From NCBI GenBank assembly GCA_965287045.1, contig OZ336877.1:48298001-48362000 (forward strand): a stretch of 64,000 nucleotides of DNA, read 5' to 3'. Positions 11,776 to 24,339 of this stretch are shown in pieces. This DNA comes from Carcharhinus amblyrhynchos. Taxonomy: Eukaryota. Made by a program: the position numbers and the translations under genes. The notes beneath the pieces are model-generated. The model was not told where the DNA came from. It searched no databases and was given only the letters and a program-made list of their open reading frames with translations. Position 1 is the stretch's first letter. The number at the start of each line of letters is the position of its first letter.

Positions 11776-13474
11776 TTAAGTTTCAAAAACTTTTAACAGC
11801 TTGTGTTAATTTGGGAACCATAAATCCTTTTTTTTTGCCTGTTCAGTGTTTTACGTGTATTTTGTGTTGTTAAAAACATAATCAGAACAGTATTGACTTA
11901 AGGGTATACATATATTTTTCAAATGAAAAGCTTGCGAGTTCAGACACCAGATTGACTTTGTAAGCTATGATTATTGTTGTGCAAACATAAGGTACTGTTT
12001 AGTTTAGAAGGCTGCAGGTTTTAGCATGACAGACATCATATGCTATTATTTAAATGTGGACTGTATATACTTAATTTGGTTGAGGGAAATGTAATCTTTG
12101 AATTTCAAAGGGATTTGAATTACATTTCCATAGGGAGATAGCTTACCTTAGAGTCGCCCTTTAAGCACCTGCTTATCAGCCGATAGGAATGTTTTGTTTA
12201 ATGATGTGCCAGCTGAGACACAAACTAGGCTAGTTTTGCAACTGCCACTTATTGCATAGTATAACCAGTGAGTTACTGTTTCAAATGTAGTGGATAGAGC
12301 AAGAGTGATTGACATGTTTATAATTGTGTACCAAAAAACATTCACTGCTGATTATTGAACTGCTCTTATCTAAATGTACCTTTTGATTTGGAGTCTGACT
12401 CTTGGTTCAATAATTATATTCAGTTTGATTTTTTGAAGAGATGGGGATTATGTGGTGACAGATGATACATTCCATAAATTGATTTACAGAGTAAGGTTTT
12501 CTGTTGCAATCCCCGAGTTTTGCAGTTCATCTAATTCTTGGTTGAAAAATGGTGTATTTAAGATGGTAGCAATTTCTGTTTATTAGTAGTAACGAATAAC
12601 TCTGAACCCAAACGAATTTCTAGTGTAAAAACCACACAACACAATGGTGCTTCAGACAAATTTCATGATCTCCTTGACAAAAGAAGAAAAAATCTTAATT
12701 AGCTGCTACGACAATAACATCTTGTATTTCCATTAACATAATCCTTTAACATAATAAAATGCTCAAAGTACTTCACAGGAGCATTATAAAACCAAAGAAG
12801 GTTTCAACAGCTGACGAACTAAGGCGGTGGTATAGTCAAATGACATTGGGAAGGTAGAAATATGCAGTTCCATAGATGCGGAACTATGGTTGCTGCTGGT
12901 GAGACTTGTTTAAATAAGTTACTTTGAAATCATGTTGCCAGTTCCAATTTAGCACCACTTTTTATTTGCTGTTTTTAGACAATACTCATGAATGAAGAAG
13001 TAATAATCATTTGTTGTACGTTTTTTAATTTGACGCAGAGGGGAATGCCTTAAGGTTTAGGTCTGAGAAGATTTTTAATCCTTGAACATTTTTCTCATTG
13101 ATCTTTGATCTCTCTGGAAACGGTTACTATTTACAGGAATCTGTCATCCGCTGCAATGTGGTATTTACATTAGCAGCAGTCTGTAATGGGACCAAACCTT
13201 AGCTGCTATGCACAGCTGCTTGGATGCTTAAAGGCTGCTTGAAAATAGCACTATAATCAAATGCCACACTGGTAACAATCACTATTTGAAATGTCTTTTA
13301 ACGTTGTACTTATAGTATTATCTCAAATGTGAGGATAAGTTATAAATACATATTGTGTTGTAAGTTTCCTGCAAGTAGAAAGGCTGGTACTGCAATATCC
13401 AAATGTTTAAATCAGCATTGAGCTTCGTGCTGTTACTCTTTGGCTGCATCTCCCCAGTTCATAGCTTTAAATAT

Positions 13475-13625
13475 AAAAACAAAAACAGGTCAGACAATAT
13501 CCGTAGAAAGAAACCAAATTCATGCTTCATTTTTGTGCAGATGCTGCCTGAGCTTCTGTGTATTTTCAGGATTATCTGATTTTATTTCAGATTGCTAGCA
13601 TTCGCAGTAAGTATTTCGCTTTTGC
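13475..13625. mobile_element. Old Penelope-type pseudo-LTR remnant
   Basis: caggtcagacaatatccgtagaaagaaac facing cagatgctgcctgagc...tttatttcagattgctagcattcgcagta; the same motif family appears near 7690-7740 and 55595-55697. Confidence 0.4.
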
Positions 13626-14094
13626 ATTTTACAGGGTTTTAGTTGCATTTGTAAATATGAAATATAACCTGTTTTGCTTGATAGTAGAGTTTGGGTAAGG
13701 AATTGCAGAATTAATCTCATTCACCTGGTTTCCAGGCCAACTGCATAATAGACATAAAAACATTTGCTACCTAGGAAACCAGACCATACCACAGATGGAT
13801 GAAATGACCCTAATGGTGCATGCAACAACAGTATGTTGGACTTGAAATGAAAGTGGGAGTCGTTTTCCTGTTCTAATTAAACCTATGTATAATAAAAGAT
13901 ACTAGCAGAAGATAGCAATGTCATAGTGCCCTGAACTGTGAACTAATTCATAACAGTCATCATAACAGGAATTGACTGATGTATTGAAATCAGTCTTGCC
14001 ATTTACTGTGTTGTAAACCGTTTTTCCCAGTTGATGACAGGATATGATGATGTCCACAGCACACCACTTAGCAGCTCAAAAGGAATGTTTACTT

Positions 14095-15213
14095 TTAACT
14101 TTAGCAAGGCCTTTGATAAGGGTAGGTTGTTGCATACAATTAAATCTCACGTGGTCCCAGGGTGAGGTAGCCAATTGGATACAAAATTGGCTTGATGACA
14201 GTAGATAGAGGGTTGTTTTTCAAACTGGCGGCGGTGTGCCTCCAGGATCAGTGCTGGTTGCACTGTTGTTTGTCATTTATATTAATGATTTGGATGGGAA
14301 TTTTGGAGGCATGGTTAGTAAGTTTGTAGATGACATCAAGATTGGTGGCATAGTGGACAATAAAGGTTATCTAGGATTGTGACAGGATATTGATCAGTTG
14401 GGCCATTGGGCTGATGAGTGGCGGATGAAATTTAATTTTGATAAATGCGAGGTGATGCATTCATTGAACCAGGGCAGGACTTAGTTAATGATAGGGTGTT
14501 GGAGAAAGTTATAGAATAAAGAGACCTAGGGGTACATGTTCATAACTGTTTGAAAGTGGAGTCACAGGTGGCCAGAATGATGATGAAGGCATTCGGCATG
14601 CTTGGTCTCATTGGCCACAACATTGAATACAGGAGTTGGTGTGTCTTACTGAAGTTGTACTAGAAGTTGTAAGGCCACACTTGGAATATTGCATATAGTT
14701 CTGGTCATCTTGTTTAGAAAGGATATTATTAAACGAGAAGGAGTGCAGAAAAGATTTACTAGGATGCTACTGTGCCTTGATGGCTTGAGTTACAAGAAGA
14801 GGTTGGACAGATCGAGTTTTTTTTCCCTGGAACGCAGGAAACTTGGGGGCGATCTTGTTGAGGTGTATAAAATAGTGAGGGGCATAGATTAGCTAAATAG
14901 TCAACATCTTTTCTCAATGGTAGGGGAGCCTAAAATTAGAGCATAGGTTTAAGGTAAGAGGGCAGAGATACAAAAAGGTGCGGAGGGGCACTTGTTTCAC
15001 ACGCAGGGTGGTGAGTGCATGGATCGAGCTGCCAGAGGCAGTAATATAGGCAGGTACAGTTTTGTCTTTTAAAAAGCATTTAGATAGTTACAAGGGTAAA
15101 ATGGGTAAAGAGGGATGTGGGCATTTGCATTTTAGTTTAATGGTTAAAAACTGGGTGGCATGGACAAGTTGGGCCGAAGGGCCTGTTTCCATGCTGTAAA
15201 CCTCTGACTCTAT
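14095..15213 (+). mobile_element. CR1 (HER1-type) LINE, 5'-truncated
   Basis: DFSKAFDK, GVPxGSVL, FVIYINDLD, SKFVDDIKIGG remnants; ORF 14689-14892 EGVQKRFTRML...GDLVEVYKIVRGID; tail gggccgaagggcctgtttccatgctgtaaacctctgactctat. Confidence 0.92.
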
Positions 15214-16500
15214 AATCTACTGCTAATTAGCACAAAATAATATCATATATAATAAGCTACTTGTTAGATTTATACTGCACTTTTAATTGGATTCCAGGAC
15301 CCTGCTCCCAAGTGCAAATTAAAACAAGAGTATAAAAACAGCTTTAAGGTATTTGAGGCAGAGAAGTGAGTCCATCGTAACCCAATGTTAAACATAATGA
15401 CGAACTCAAAGCCATTGATCATGGGTACTTCATGTTTAGCTTGATTTATTAGGTAAGACATTGAGTTCTGTCAACCTCTTGTGAAACCTTGGTGCAGGTG
15501 TCTTAATTGAAAGTAGAAATCTTTGTGCAATATTCCTAATCCAAGTCAACTGTGTATTTGGTAACAAAATGTTTTAAAGTTTGAGGTAATTAGAATGAAA
15601 TTCATTGCGCGATTGAAAATAGATTGTGTTACCATACCATATCCACAGCATGGGCATATCCTCCAGCAGAATGATCTACTAGTCAGTTTACACTTTATGG
15701 AAAGTAGGCACAAAGGAGCTGTTGTCAGACACTTCAGTAGTTTGGTCATGCAGGGCTGTCCAGCAACTGGGCAATGATGAAGCTCTGCACATTTTTTCAG
15801 TTCACTTCAGTATTTTCTAAATGGCCAACCGTATATTCGTGATACCTTTTGCTTTTCATTTTACAGAAAGTAATCGTAAGACACACAGGATGATTTATGC
15901 AACGTGCAATTTAATGAAATTAATGTCATTTCAAAGGGAATTCTATTTACTGTTAACTTTGAGTTTTCTAGCAAAGTCCAATGGCTTGTTGAACTTTCTT
16001 TCTGGAAAGAATTGTCCAGGTCACTTCAATGTACATGGCAAAGTCTCTTAAATCATTTCCTTTGGCTTATCAAGTTGAATGTGAAAGCACTAAGTCATTA
16101 ATTATATGATGTGAATTGCTGGGTTGTGAAGCTCTTTGTGTGAAACATTGAAGACTCTGTTGGAATCCTTTTGGCCCTAGGCCACACCACAAAGCTGATA
16201 ATGTTCTTGCCAAATTCTGCTTTTCTTAATGAAGTCTGTCCACTGCACTTGTGGCTTCAAAGCCAAAGCCAGCCTATGGATTTTTAAAATGCTATAATAT
16301 TCTTCTTTATCCCAATTGTCACTTGTTTGAAGTTTTTGGAATTTGTCGACTTTCTCAGATTGAAACATCAGAGCTTTGGTGACACAATATAACCACGCGC
16401 TGCAACATTAATTCGGATGGCATTGATTTGATGAGAAGGTATTTGATGCATGCTCTTAATGGCATGTGCTGTGACCTTAATTTTTATTCACATAAAAGAG

Positions 16501-17975
16501 ATTTGATTTTGATTTGATTTATTATTGTCACATATATTAACATAGAGTGAAAAATATTGTTTCTTGCACTAGACAGATAAAACATACCGTTCATAGAGAA
16601 GGAAACCAGAGTGCAGAATGTAGTGTTACAGTCATAGCTAGAGTGTCGAGAAAGATCAACTTAATGCAAGGTAAGTCCATTCAAAAGGCTGACAGCAACA
16701 GGGAAGAAGCTGTTCTTGAATCGTTTGGTACATGACCTCAGACTTTTGTATCTTTTTCCTGAAGGAAGAAGATGCAAGAGAGAATGTCCCGGGTGCATGG
16801 GGTCATAGAATCATAGAGGTTTACAGCATGGAAACCTTAATTATGGGTCCTTAATTATGCTGGCTGCTTTGCTGAGGCAGGAGGAAGTGTAGACAGAGTC
16901 AATGGATGGGAGGCTGGTTTGCGTGATGGATTGCACGACGTTTATGATCTTTTGTTCCTTGAGGTTTTGGGCAGAGCAGGAGCCATACCAAGCTGTGATA
17001 CAACCAGAGAGAATGCTTTCTATGGTACATCTGTAAAAGTTGGTGAGAGTTGTAGCTGACATGCCAAATTTCCTTATTCTTTTGTGAAAGTAGAGGTGTT
17101 GGTGGGCTTTTTTAAACTACAGGGGGACCAGGACAGGTGATCTGGACACCTAAAAACTTGAAACTCTCGACCCTTTCTACTTTGTCCCCGCTGACGTATT
17201 CAGGGCCATGTTCTCCTTTTCACTTCCTGAAGTCAATGACAGTCTCCTTTGTTTTGTTGACATTAAGGGAGAGATCGTTGCTGTACCAGGTCACCAGATT
17301 CTCTATCCCATTCCTGTGCTCTGCCTATCATTTGAGCCAGAAATCCCATGTGATCAAAAGGTTCAAGGTTGTTCACACCTTATTGTGCCTTTGAGATCTG
17401 ACCTACTATGGTGTTGTCGTCAGCAAACTCAAAAATTAAATTGAAGGGGAATTTGGCCGCACAGTCATAGGTGTATTAGGAGTATAGTAGGAGGCTGAGA
17501 ACACAGCCTTGTGGGGCACCAGTGTTGCGGATGATCGTGGAGGTGTGTTGTTGCCTATCCTTATTGATTGCGGTCTGTGAGTTCGGAAGTTCAGGATCCA
17601 GTCGCAGAGGGAGGTGCCGAGGCCCAGGCCACGGAGTTTGGAGATGGGTTGGGAATAATGGTGTTGAAGGATGACTGTAGTCAATAAATAGGAGTCTGAC
17701 ACAAGTATCTTTGTTATCTTGGTGTTCTAGAGTTGAGTGCAGGGCCAGGGAGGTGGCATCTGCTGTGGACCTGTTGCAGTGATAGGCAAACTGTAGTGGA
17801 TCCAGGTAGTCCAGGAGGCTAGAATTGATTCGTGCCATGACTAGCGCTTAGAAGGACTTCAGAATGATGGATGCCAGAGCCAAAGGCCGATTGTCGTTAA
17901 GGCACGCTGCTTGGTTTTTCTTGGGTACCAGATGACAGTTGAAGCAAATAGGGACCTCAGATTGTTGCAAGAGAT
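16501..17975 (-). mobile_element. Rex1/Babar-like LINE, 5'-truncated
   Basis: ORFs LDPLQFAYHCNRSTADA..LALHSTLEH.DNKDTCVRLLFIDYS, NTGAPQGCVLS.LLYS and LTNFYRCTIESILSGCITAWYGSC; 3' end gtgacaataataaatcaaatcaaa on the minus strand. Confidence 0.88.
16805..16835 (-). mobile_element. 31-bp CR1 extreme 3' tail inserted into the Rex1 element
   Basis: atagaatcatagaggtttacagcatggaaac closely matches the reverse complement of the CR1 tail at about 15186-15212. Confidence 0.8.
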
Positions 17976-18390
17976 GCAAGTTTCCTGAAGCTGATTGGGT
18001 GAGAGACTGGTATTTCAGAATTGCAATAAGGTAGTATCATAGGTTACCTAAAAGTTGCCTTTTACGAAAGTTTGGCAACATAAATGCTCACAGTCCTACT
18101 TGCGCCCATGTGCTCTCTTGATCTGGCCTCTGCTGTCCACTATTTTAAACAATTGTTAACCTGTTTTAAAATGTTTTTCTCTGAAAATATACATCTATTA
18201 CTCACACCTCTGAACAAAATGTTAAAGTCCCCTTTGGCAATTAAGCAGTTTGAAGTTCCTTTCCTAGTGTTCCTAGTTATGATGCTAGTTTTTTAAAAAA
18301 GAAAAATTATTCTAAAAGGTCGCACATTTCGAAAACATTGGGCTGAGCTTAAAGACTGATCCCAAAATGGCTCCAGGCTACCAGACAGAA

Positions 18391-19990
18391 TGTGGATTTT
18401 AATAGTCTTTCCCGTGCCCCCCAAGGAAACCTGGATGCATTCCTCAGACATATACATTTATAATTTAGTGAGTGTTCGAAAGGAGTAAACAGAAATTCAT
18501 TGATTTCATAGCTTTTCCTCCAAAAGACACCTAACTGAAAAGGCACAATAAGGTGTAAACAACCTGACCCTTTTGATCATTGCACAGGGTAAGAAGACTT
18601 TAGATAACTGTAATGGAATCACTACTTGCCTTATATTCAATGTGACTAGGCAATGTTGTGCAGGTCACATGATAATGGTGGCCATCTTGTTACCTGCAAT
18701 AAAAAAGGGCAGGGAAAAGGCAGAAACACACAGAACCATACTGAAAACCCTCAGTGCAGGGAGAGACCAAGGAAGACATCTAAAAACAGCCACTTGTCTG
18801 CTATAAAGTAACTAGGTGGCTAAGAGTGCCATGCCCTGCAGAACAAAAGTAAGGAATTTTTTCTGCTGCCTGCAAGCTCTGATTCCACCTACAAAGCCCA
18901 CTTGTAAGCCACCTCCAGTAATTCAACAGAGGAAGCCATGGCAACAGCAGAGACAATCCTACATCCTCAAAACCTTCACTCCTGACAACATATTTTGACT
19001 TCTGAAAATTACCAGGCCTGCATCAAACAATACAGGATGAACTTGCTCTTCATCTGTAACTAGTCTTTGTGTGCATGTGTTCTAATAATTTCCAGAGCTG
19101 TAGTGCAAAATTAACTTCAAGTAAAAATGCTTTGCTGTTGGGTTATTTTAACTTTAATTTCTCACTTGAGTAAGAAAATATACACAAGTTGGTTGTGGGT
19201 GACTTTTGAGGACACACTTTTCTAAAGTGTCTGTGACACGAGAAATAAAAATGCTCTGCAAAATTAATAACCCTGGAGCAAGATCTTCCAATGTGTGTTT
19301 TGGCTGCAAGAGATTGTGGCACAGTGGTTACCACTGCTGCCTCGCAGCACTGGGGACCCAGGTTCAATTCCGGCCTTGGGTCACTGTCTGTGTGGAGTTT
19401 GCACATTTTCCTTGTGTCTGCATGGGTTTCCTCTGCATATTCCAGTTTTCCTCCCACAGTCCAAATACATGCAATAAATTGGATATGTTAAATTGTCCCT
19501 TAGTGTCCCAAGATGTGTAGGTTAGGGGAATTAACAGGGTATATAGGTGGGCTATCGGAATAGGGCCTGGGTGAGATGGTCTGTCAGAGCTGGTGCAGAC
19601 CTGATGGGTTGAGTGATTTCCTCCTTCGCTGTAGGGATTCTTTGAGTCCATGAAATTGATCTTCGGTCGCAGAAACAAATGTTAACAAATTGGCAATCCA
19701 TTTGACACACCATGCCATTTGCTTTTCTACTCCATTGTGTATTTTTACACCACCCCTGAAAGCTAATTTTACCCCTTTGATGTTAATTCATTGCTTGCCA
19801 AGAAAACTCAGTGCTCTCTTTTCTATTTATTTACTGACGCCTGCTTGGGAATATCATCATTGAAAAAACTTCCAAATCTCTCACCATCTTGGCATATATC
19901 ATAGTTATTCCATTATCGTGGTGTGGAAATCCCCCAATTCATTATTTAATGCTCTGATAGTAGTTGAAAGACGGCAGCCCATTATTACTG
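18391..19990 (+). mobile_element. Possible decayed solo LTR, interrupted by a SINE
   Basis: Composition and motifs (caggtcacatga, ggccatcttg, TATA-like ctataaa) resemble fish and shark Gypsy LTRs; no TSD identified; inference only. Confidence 0.3.
19312..19650 (+). mobile_element. HE1-type V-SINE
   Basis: gtggcacagtggttaccactgctgcctcgcagc...ggttcaattccggccttgggtcactgtctgtgtggagtttgcac; tail ctccttcgctgtagggattct. Confidence 0.9.
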
Positions 19991-21206
19991 CCAAGTCAGT
20001 ACAATTAATGTTGGATAATGTCAGGATGAACAAAACAGGTATATATGTGCTATATGAATGGCCCCCTGGTTACCTTGGATTTTTTTCCCTTTCCAATGTG
20101 TCTGTTCTGTTCATTCAGGCCCTGCATGATAACTATCCTTATCTGAACTTGTTGAAATAGAAAATTAAGGTAAACATTGTCTGACTTTATTGTAAAAAAT
20201 TTTTTCCTTTCTGGAGTCTGATTATTTTGGAGAACTCGCAATGGTTAGTATAGATTTCAATTTATTTATTTGCGCAAAGATATCAGTTTAATAATTCAAT
20301 CCTCCAGCTGAAAATAGGTTGGGGACCTGTTTCAAGAACCTTGGGACTGAATTGCAGTTATCCCCCTCTCCCCTTCAGCATGATAAATGATTATAATAAC
20401 TAACCTCAAGTTTTACCATATTATTTTGTTCTAGACAAATATTTGAATTGTTAGACAATAAATTTTAAGTTCCTCAGAGTGTACGTAACTAGAAATCTGA
20501 ACTCAAAATGCTTATATTTTTATTTTAAAATACTCTCATTCATTGAGTGAGAATTCTAACTTTTTTTGAGAAGCTAATATTCTGCTTTGGGACACAGCTG
20601 GCTGTATCTTGCTATTTGTAGTTTGATTTGTGATCAGTTTTGAAAGGAAATTTGATGATGTTGCTATAATGGCATCTCGTATGAGATCACTGGTGCAAAA
20701 GGAGAAAAGCTGAGTTAAGCTTGGTGGTGATATGGTAATTACAGGCTTTGTTTCAAGAGTTTCGAGGTGATGATTAGGTTTGAGGGAGGTATCAGAATTT
20801 TGAGGTCTTGGGAATGATTCCAGTAACTTTTCATTTAAACATGTTGAGAATGCAGGAAGGAAGAAGAGCATTGGTGGAAAATATTGCAGAACAGTGTAGT
20901 AGTACTGATCGGAGAAAAATGAAGATGATGATTCAGCTCTATTAGAAATGAGAAGAATAATTGATTATCAGATAATCAGTTGCTGCTCAAATTCTACCCA
21001 AGTGAGAGAGAGATGCTGGAAGAGTGCCTCCAGGTTTGGAAGCAGTTTTCAGTGCTTGACTTGTTGAGCTTTGAGAATGATTGGGTGTGGGTGGACTGTT
21101 AAAGGTTTTGGCATGCCATAAGAAAGCTGAGTTGTTCCTATTCCCAATATAATTTGAGGAACGTAGCATTGTTTAACTGAGAATTACAGTTTCTTTAATC
21201 CTGACA

Positions 21207-21362
21207 GAATTAGAACATAGAACATTACAGCACAGTACAGGCCCTTCGACCCTTAATGTTGTGCCGAGCTATGTCCAAACCCAAGATCAAGCTATCCCAC
21301 TGCCTATAATTCTGGTGTGCTCCATGTGCCTACCCAATAACCACTTGAAAGTTCCTGAAGTA
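21207..21362 (-). mobile_element. CR1 3' tail fragment
   Basis: tagaacatagaacattacagcacagtacaggcccttcgacc. Confidence 0.75.
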
Positions 21363-22039
21363 CAGGCAAAGGCCCTGAAATTCCAGCAGCACCATTGTGA
21401 CAATAAAAGTGGTGTGGGCAGGACTTCTAACTGAAATGATGTTTCAATTTTAAGCCCCTTGCCTTAAAAGTATAGGACCTGGTAATTAGCATTTGCAGTG
21501 TGCAATGCCCCACATGTTTGGTAGAGGAGGGAGGGGGGATAGAGAATTGAAAGGGGTGGGTTCAGTGAAGGAGACCAACTGCAGTACCAAGGTATAAAAC
21601 CTTGTTAATGTTTAAAGGACTAGTGTACTATTTGTGCATCTTTGAAAGCTACTTTGGTTGCACTCAAACCCTGAAAATCTTTCAATGTGGTGGGAAGTTG
21701 AAATTTTAGTAGGATAGATGGATTGTAATCTTACTGGTTTTGCAACAAAAATTATAACACTGTGCAAAGTCTTGAGAACCGATCTACAGTGGCCAGGTTG
21801 GCTGACGTGCACCAGCAGCCCTTTCTTCTTCTACTACTTGGGGCCCAAGTTATCTCACTCCTTGAACCCCTCTGAATGTTTCAACACATTCTTGCTTCTG
21901 GATCCTGTTCGTCTGACTATCTCTCTAAACTCCAACAAAGCCTCTTTCTTATTATGGGCAGGAAGAGGAGGTGAGATAACTTTTCTCCTTTTCTGTCACA
22001 CTTCAACTTGCAGCAAGATGCATATTTTTTAGAGGGACT

Positions 22040-23385
22040 GTTTTTAAACCCCTTTTGGGTATTTTGATTTTTCATAATATAAATGAAACAGACTTCCTGG
22101 TAAGTTTAAATGAGGAAAAGAGAAGCATGTATTCATACAGCACCCCAAAATGTAAACTCAGCTAAAACACTCCTTCAAACACGTAGACAATCAACCATGA
22201 AGAGCAACTCGAGATGAAGCATGCACCAAGCTATCCACAGAATAACAAGAAGCAAATCACATGCTTAATAATTTTAAGATGCAAGTGTTGCAAACCTGAT
22301 GGGTTTTCCCTCAAGGTTCTTTGAAGGTAAAAATGAAGGAAGTTTCTGGGTTTTGTATGGTGTTGTGGTTGAGTTTCTGTAAAGTGCAGATGTAACTAAT
22401 TTGAAGACAAATTAGTTCCTCTCTCTGTGCCAAGGATGATTGGGTGCTGGAGGATGATCACTCTTGTCTTGTTGGTCTTCAGACTGACTTGTTCTGGCAA
22501 GTCCTTGCAATAATAAGGTATCATCTAAAGTCAGTTTTCATCAAATGACTGTGATCGATCAGTTTGAAGAGCTATTGTTCCTGTACAAAGCCCAACAGGT
22601 GGGGCTGTAAATTTTGCAAGTAGTCTCACTTTTTGACTGTCATTTCAAGGGCAGGTTCTCCACCCACGGATATTTACATTTTAATGATTTTCCAAAAGTA
22701 TGCTCAGATATAAGTTGATTCTTATCTGTCTACTAACCACAAACCGTTGTCACCTTATTTTCTGGCAGGCATTTTGGGAAAGTACAGTGTCCATTATTCC
22801 ATGTTACCTTTTTTTAAAAGCAGGTAGTAAGTTGGTCCCGGTTTTCTATTGGCTTTCTCTTTAGCAATTGAACAATACTTAAACGTGACAAGATACAAGT
22901 CTAAACTGCTAGTCTATTGCTATGAGTTTCAATTCGAACAATATTCCTCTTTACAGACTTAAAAAAAAAACCCTTTTTAAAATTAGTAAACCACAGGTAT
23001 ACTTGCTTGTCTTAGATTAACAGTCCTAGAGCTTTCAGATCACCTCTGGCGAGAGACACTGCTTCCTTCCTGGTAACCCAGGCAGCAACTGCTTGTATTT
23101 GAAAATGAACCTGAAAACAATATTTCTTTCCTGCAAGCTTAGCTCCTCCCATAAGGCACGTGATTCTGCCCCAGTCTGTCAACCTTATCACAACTCTACT
23201 GTGGAACCCAAGGGGTATCCAAGTTAAACACAAATACATTAGCTTTGCCTAAATGAACACCCCATATCTAAAATGAGTACTTATCTTGTTTTTTCAGCCA
23301 CTAATTTAAAGGTTTTGCTGAATCAATTGGCACCCTGCAAAACAAATATGAATTCTAAACATACCCCTTACGCAGTTTCATAGCA
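22040..23385. mobile_element. Possible decayed LTR adjoining Gypsy internal remnants
   Basis: LTR-like texture, ends in ...tttcatagCA next to a Gypsy pol fragment; not verified. Confidence 0.3.
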
Positions 23386-23389
23386 ATCT

Positions 23390-24290
23390 AAAATGCTGGA
23401 TTCTGAGCGGCATCTTTGCAATTCATTCCATGTTTAGAAGGGTGGCTAGTGACTTGTAGTGAAGTCTATTTTGATTTTGAAATGCAATCCCATTACATAA
23501 TTTGAAATGTTTTTGCAAGTCCACATTGCTGCTGATGCATATTTTTCTATCGTGGTATATCCCTGTTCTGTCCCTGTTAGTCACAATAGACTGGTCTCTG
23601 AATTTGAAATAATACTGCCCCCAGGTATATAGATGATGCATCTGCTGCTGCTATGATCGGTAATTCTGCATGGTAATATGTCAAGATTTTGGAAGACATT
23701 AAAAGTTGCTTAATCCTTTTGGAAGCAGTTTGGACCACATTCCAGCACCATTGTTGAGCCTGTCTGGACAGCCATCTCGAGACTTTTTGACCTCTGCTAA
23801 ATTTGGCAGGAACTTATCTACTTGGTTGACCATCCCAAGGAATCTTTGGAACTCAGTTGTGTTCCTGCATTGTGCAAATTGTTTGATTATTGTGTTTTTT
23901 TTGTGAATCAACTGTGATTTCAGTGGCATGCATTATGTGACCTAAAATCTTGATCATAGATTTGGCAAAATCACATTTTTTTTGTTCAATGTTAGGCCTG
24001 CATCCTGGAAGATGCTTGAGATTGTACAGTCTCTCTCATTGTAATCTTTTTAAGTCTGAGTATGTTTCCTGTATGGCATATTACTCCTGTTATGACTTCT
24101 AGAGTGTGAGACATTGTTCTCTGAAAAGTTTCTGGAGTAGACACTGTGCCAAACAATAACAACTGAATTGTGTTATAAATGTGGTCTGCAGTTTGGTTTC
24201 TTTCTGCAGAAGTAACCGCCAAAATCCACTGTTTTCATCCAATTTGGTAAAAAAAAGTACGCTTGGTCAGTTTTGTAAAACATACTATGC
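23390..24290 (-). mobile_element. Decayed Ty3/Gypsy pol fragment (RT and connection region)
   Basis: Minus strand: FTKLDENSGFW, FGTVSTPETFQRTMSHTLE...GVICH, and TTEFQRFLGMVNQVDKFLPNLAE (ORFs 23992-24222 and 23699-23929). Confidence 0.75.
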
Positions 24291-24339
24291 ATGCACATAG
24301 TGGGAAAGCCTCAATCTACAATCAAACGAGTGCTCTTGA

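Noticed and set aside
20560-21200. Possible old L2-like fragment on the minus strand
   Set aside because: Too decayed to identify diagnostic motifs.
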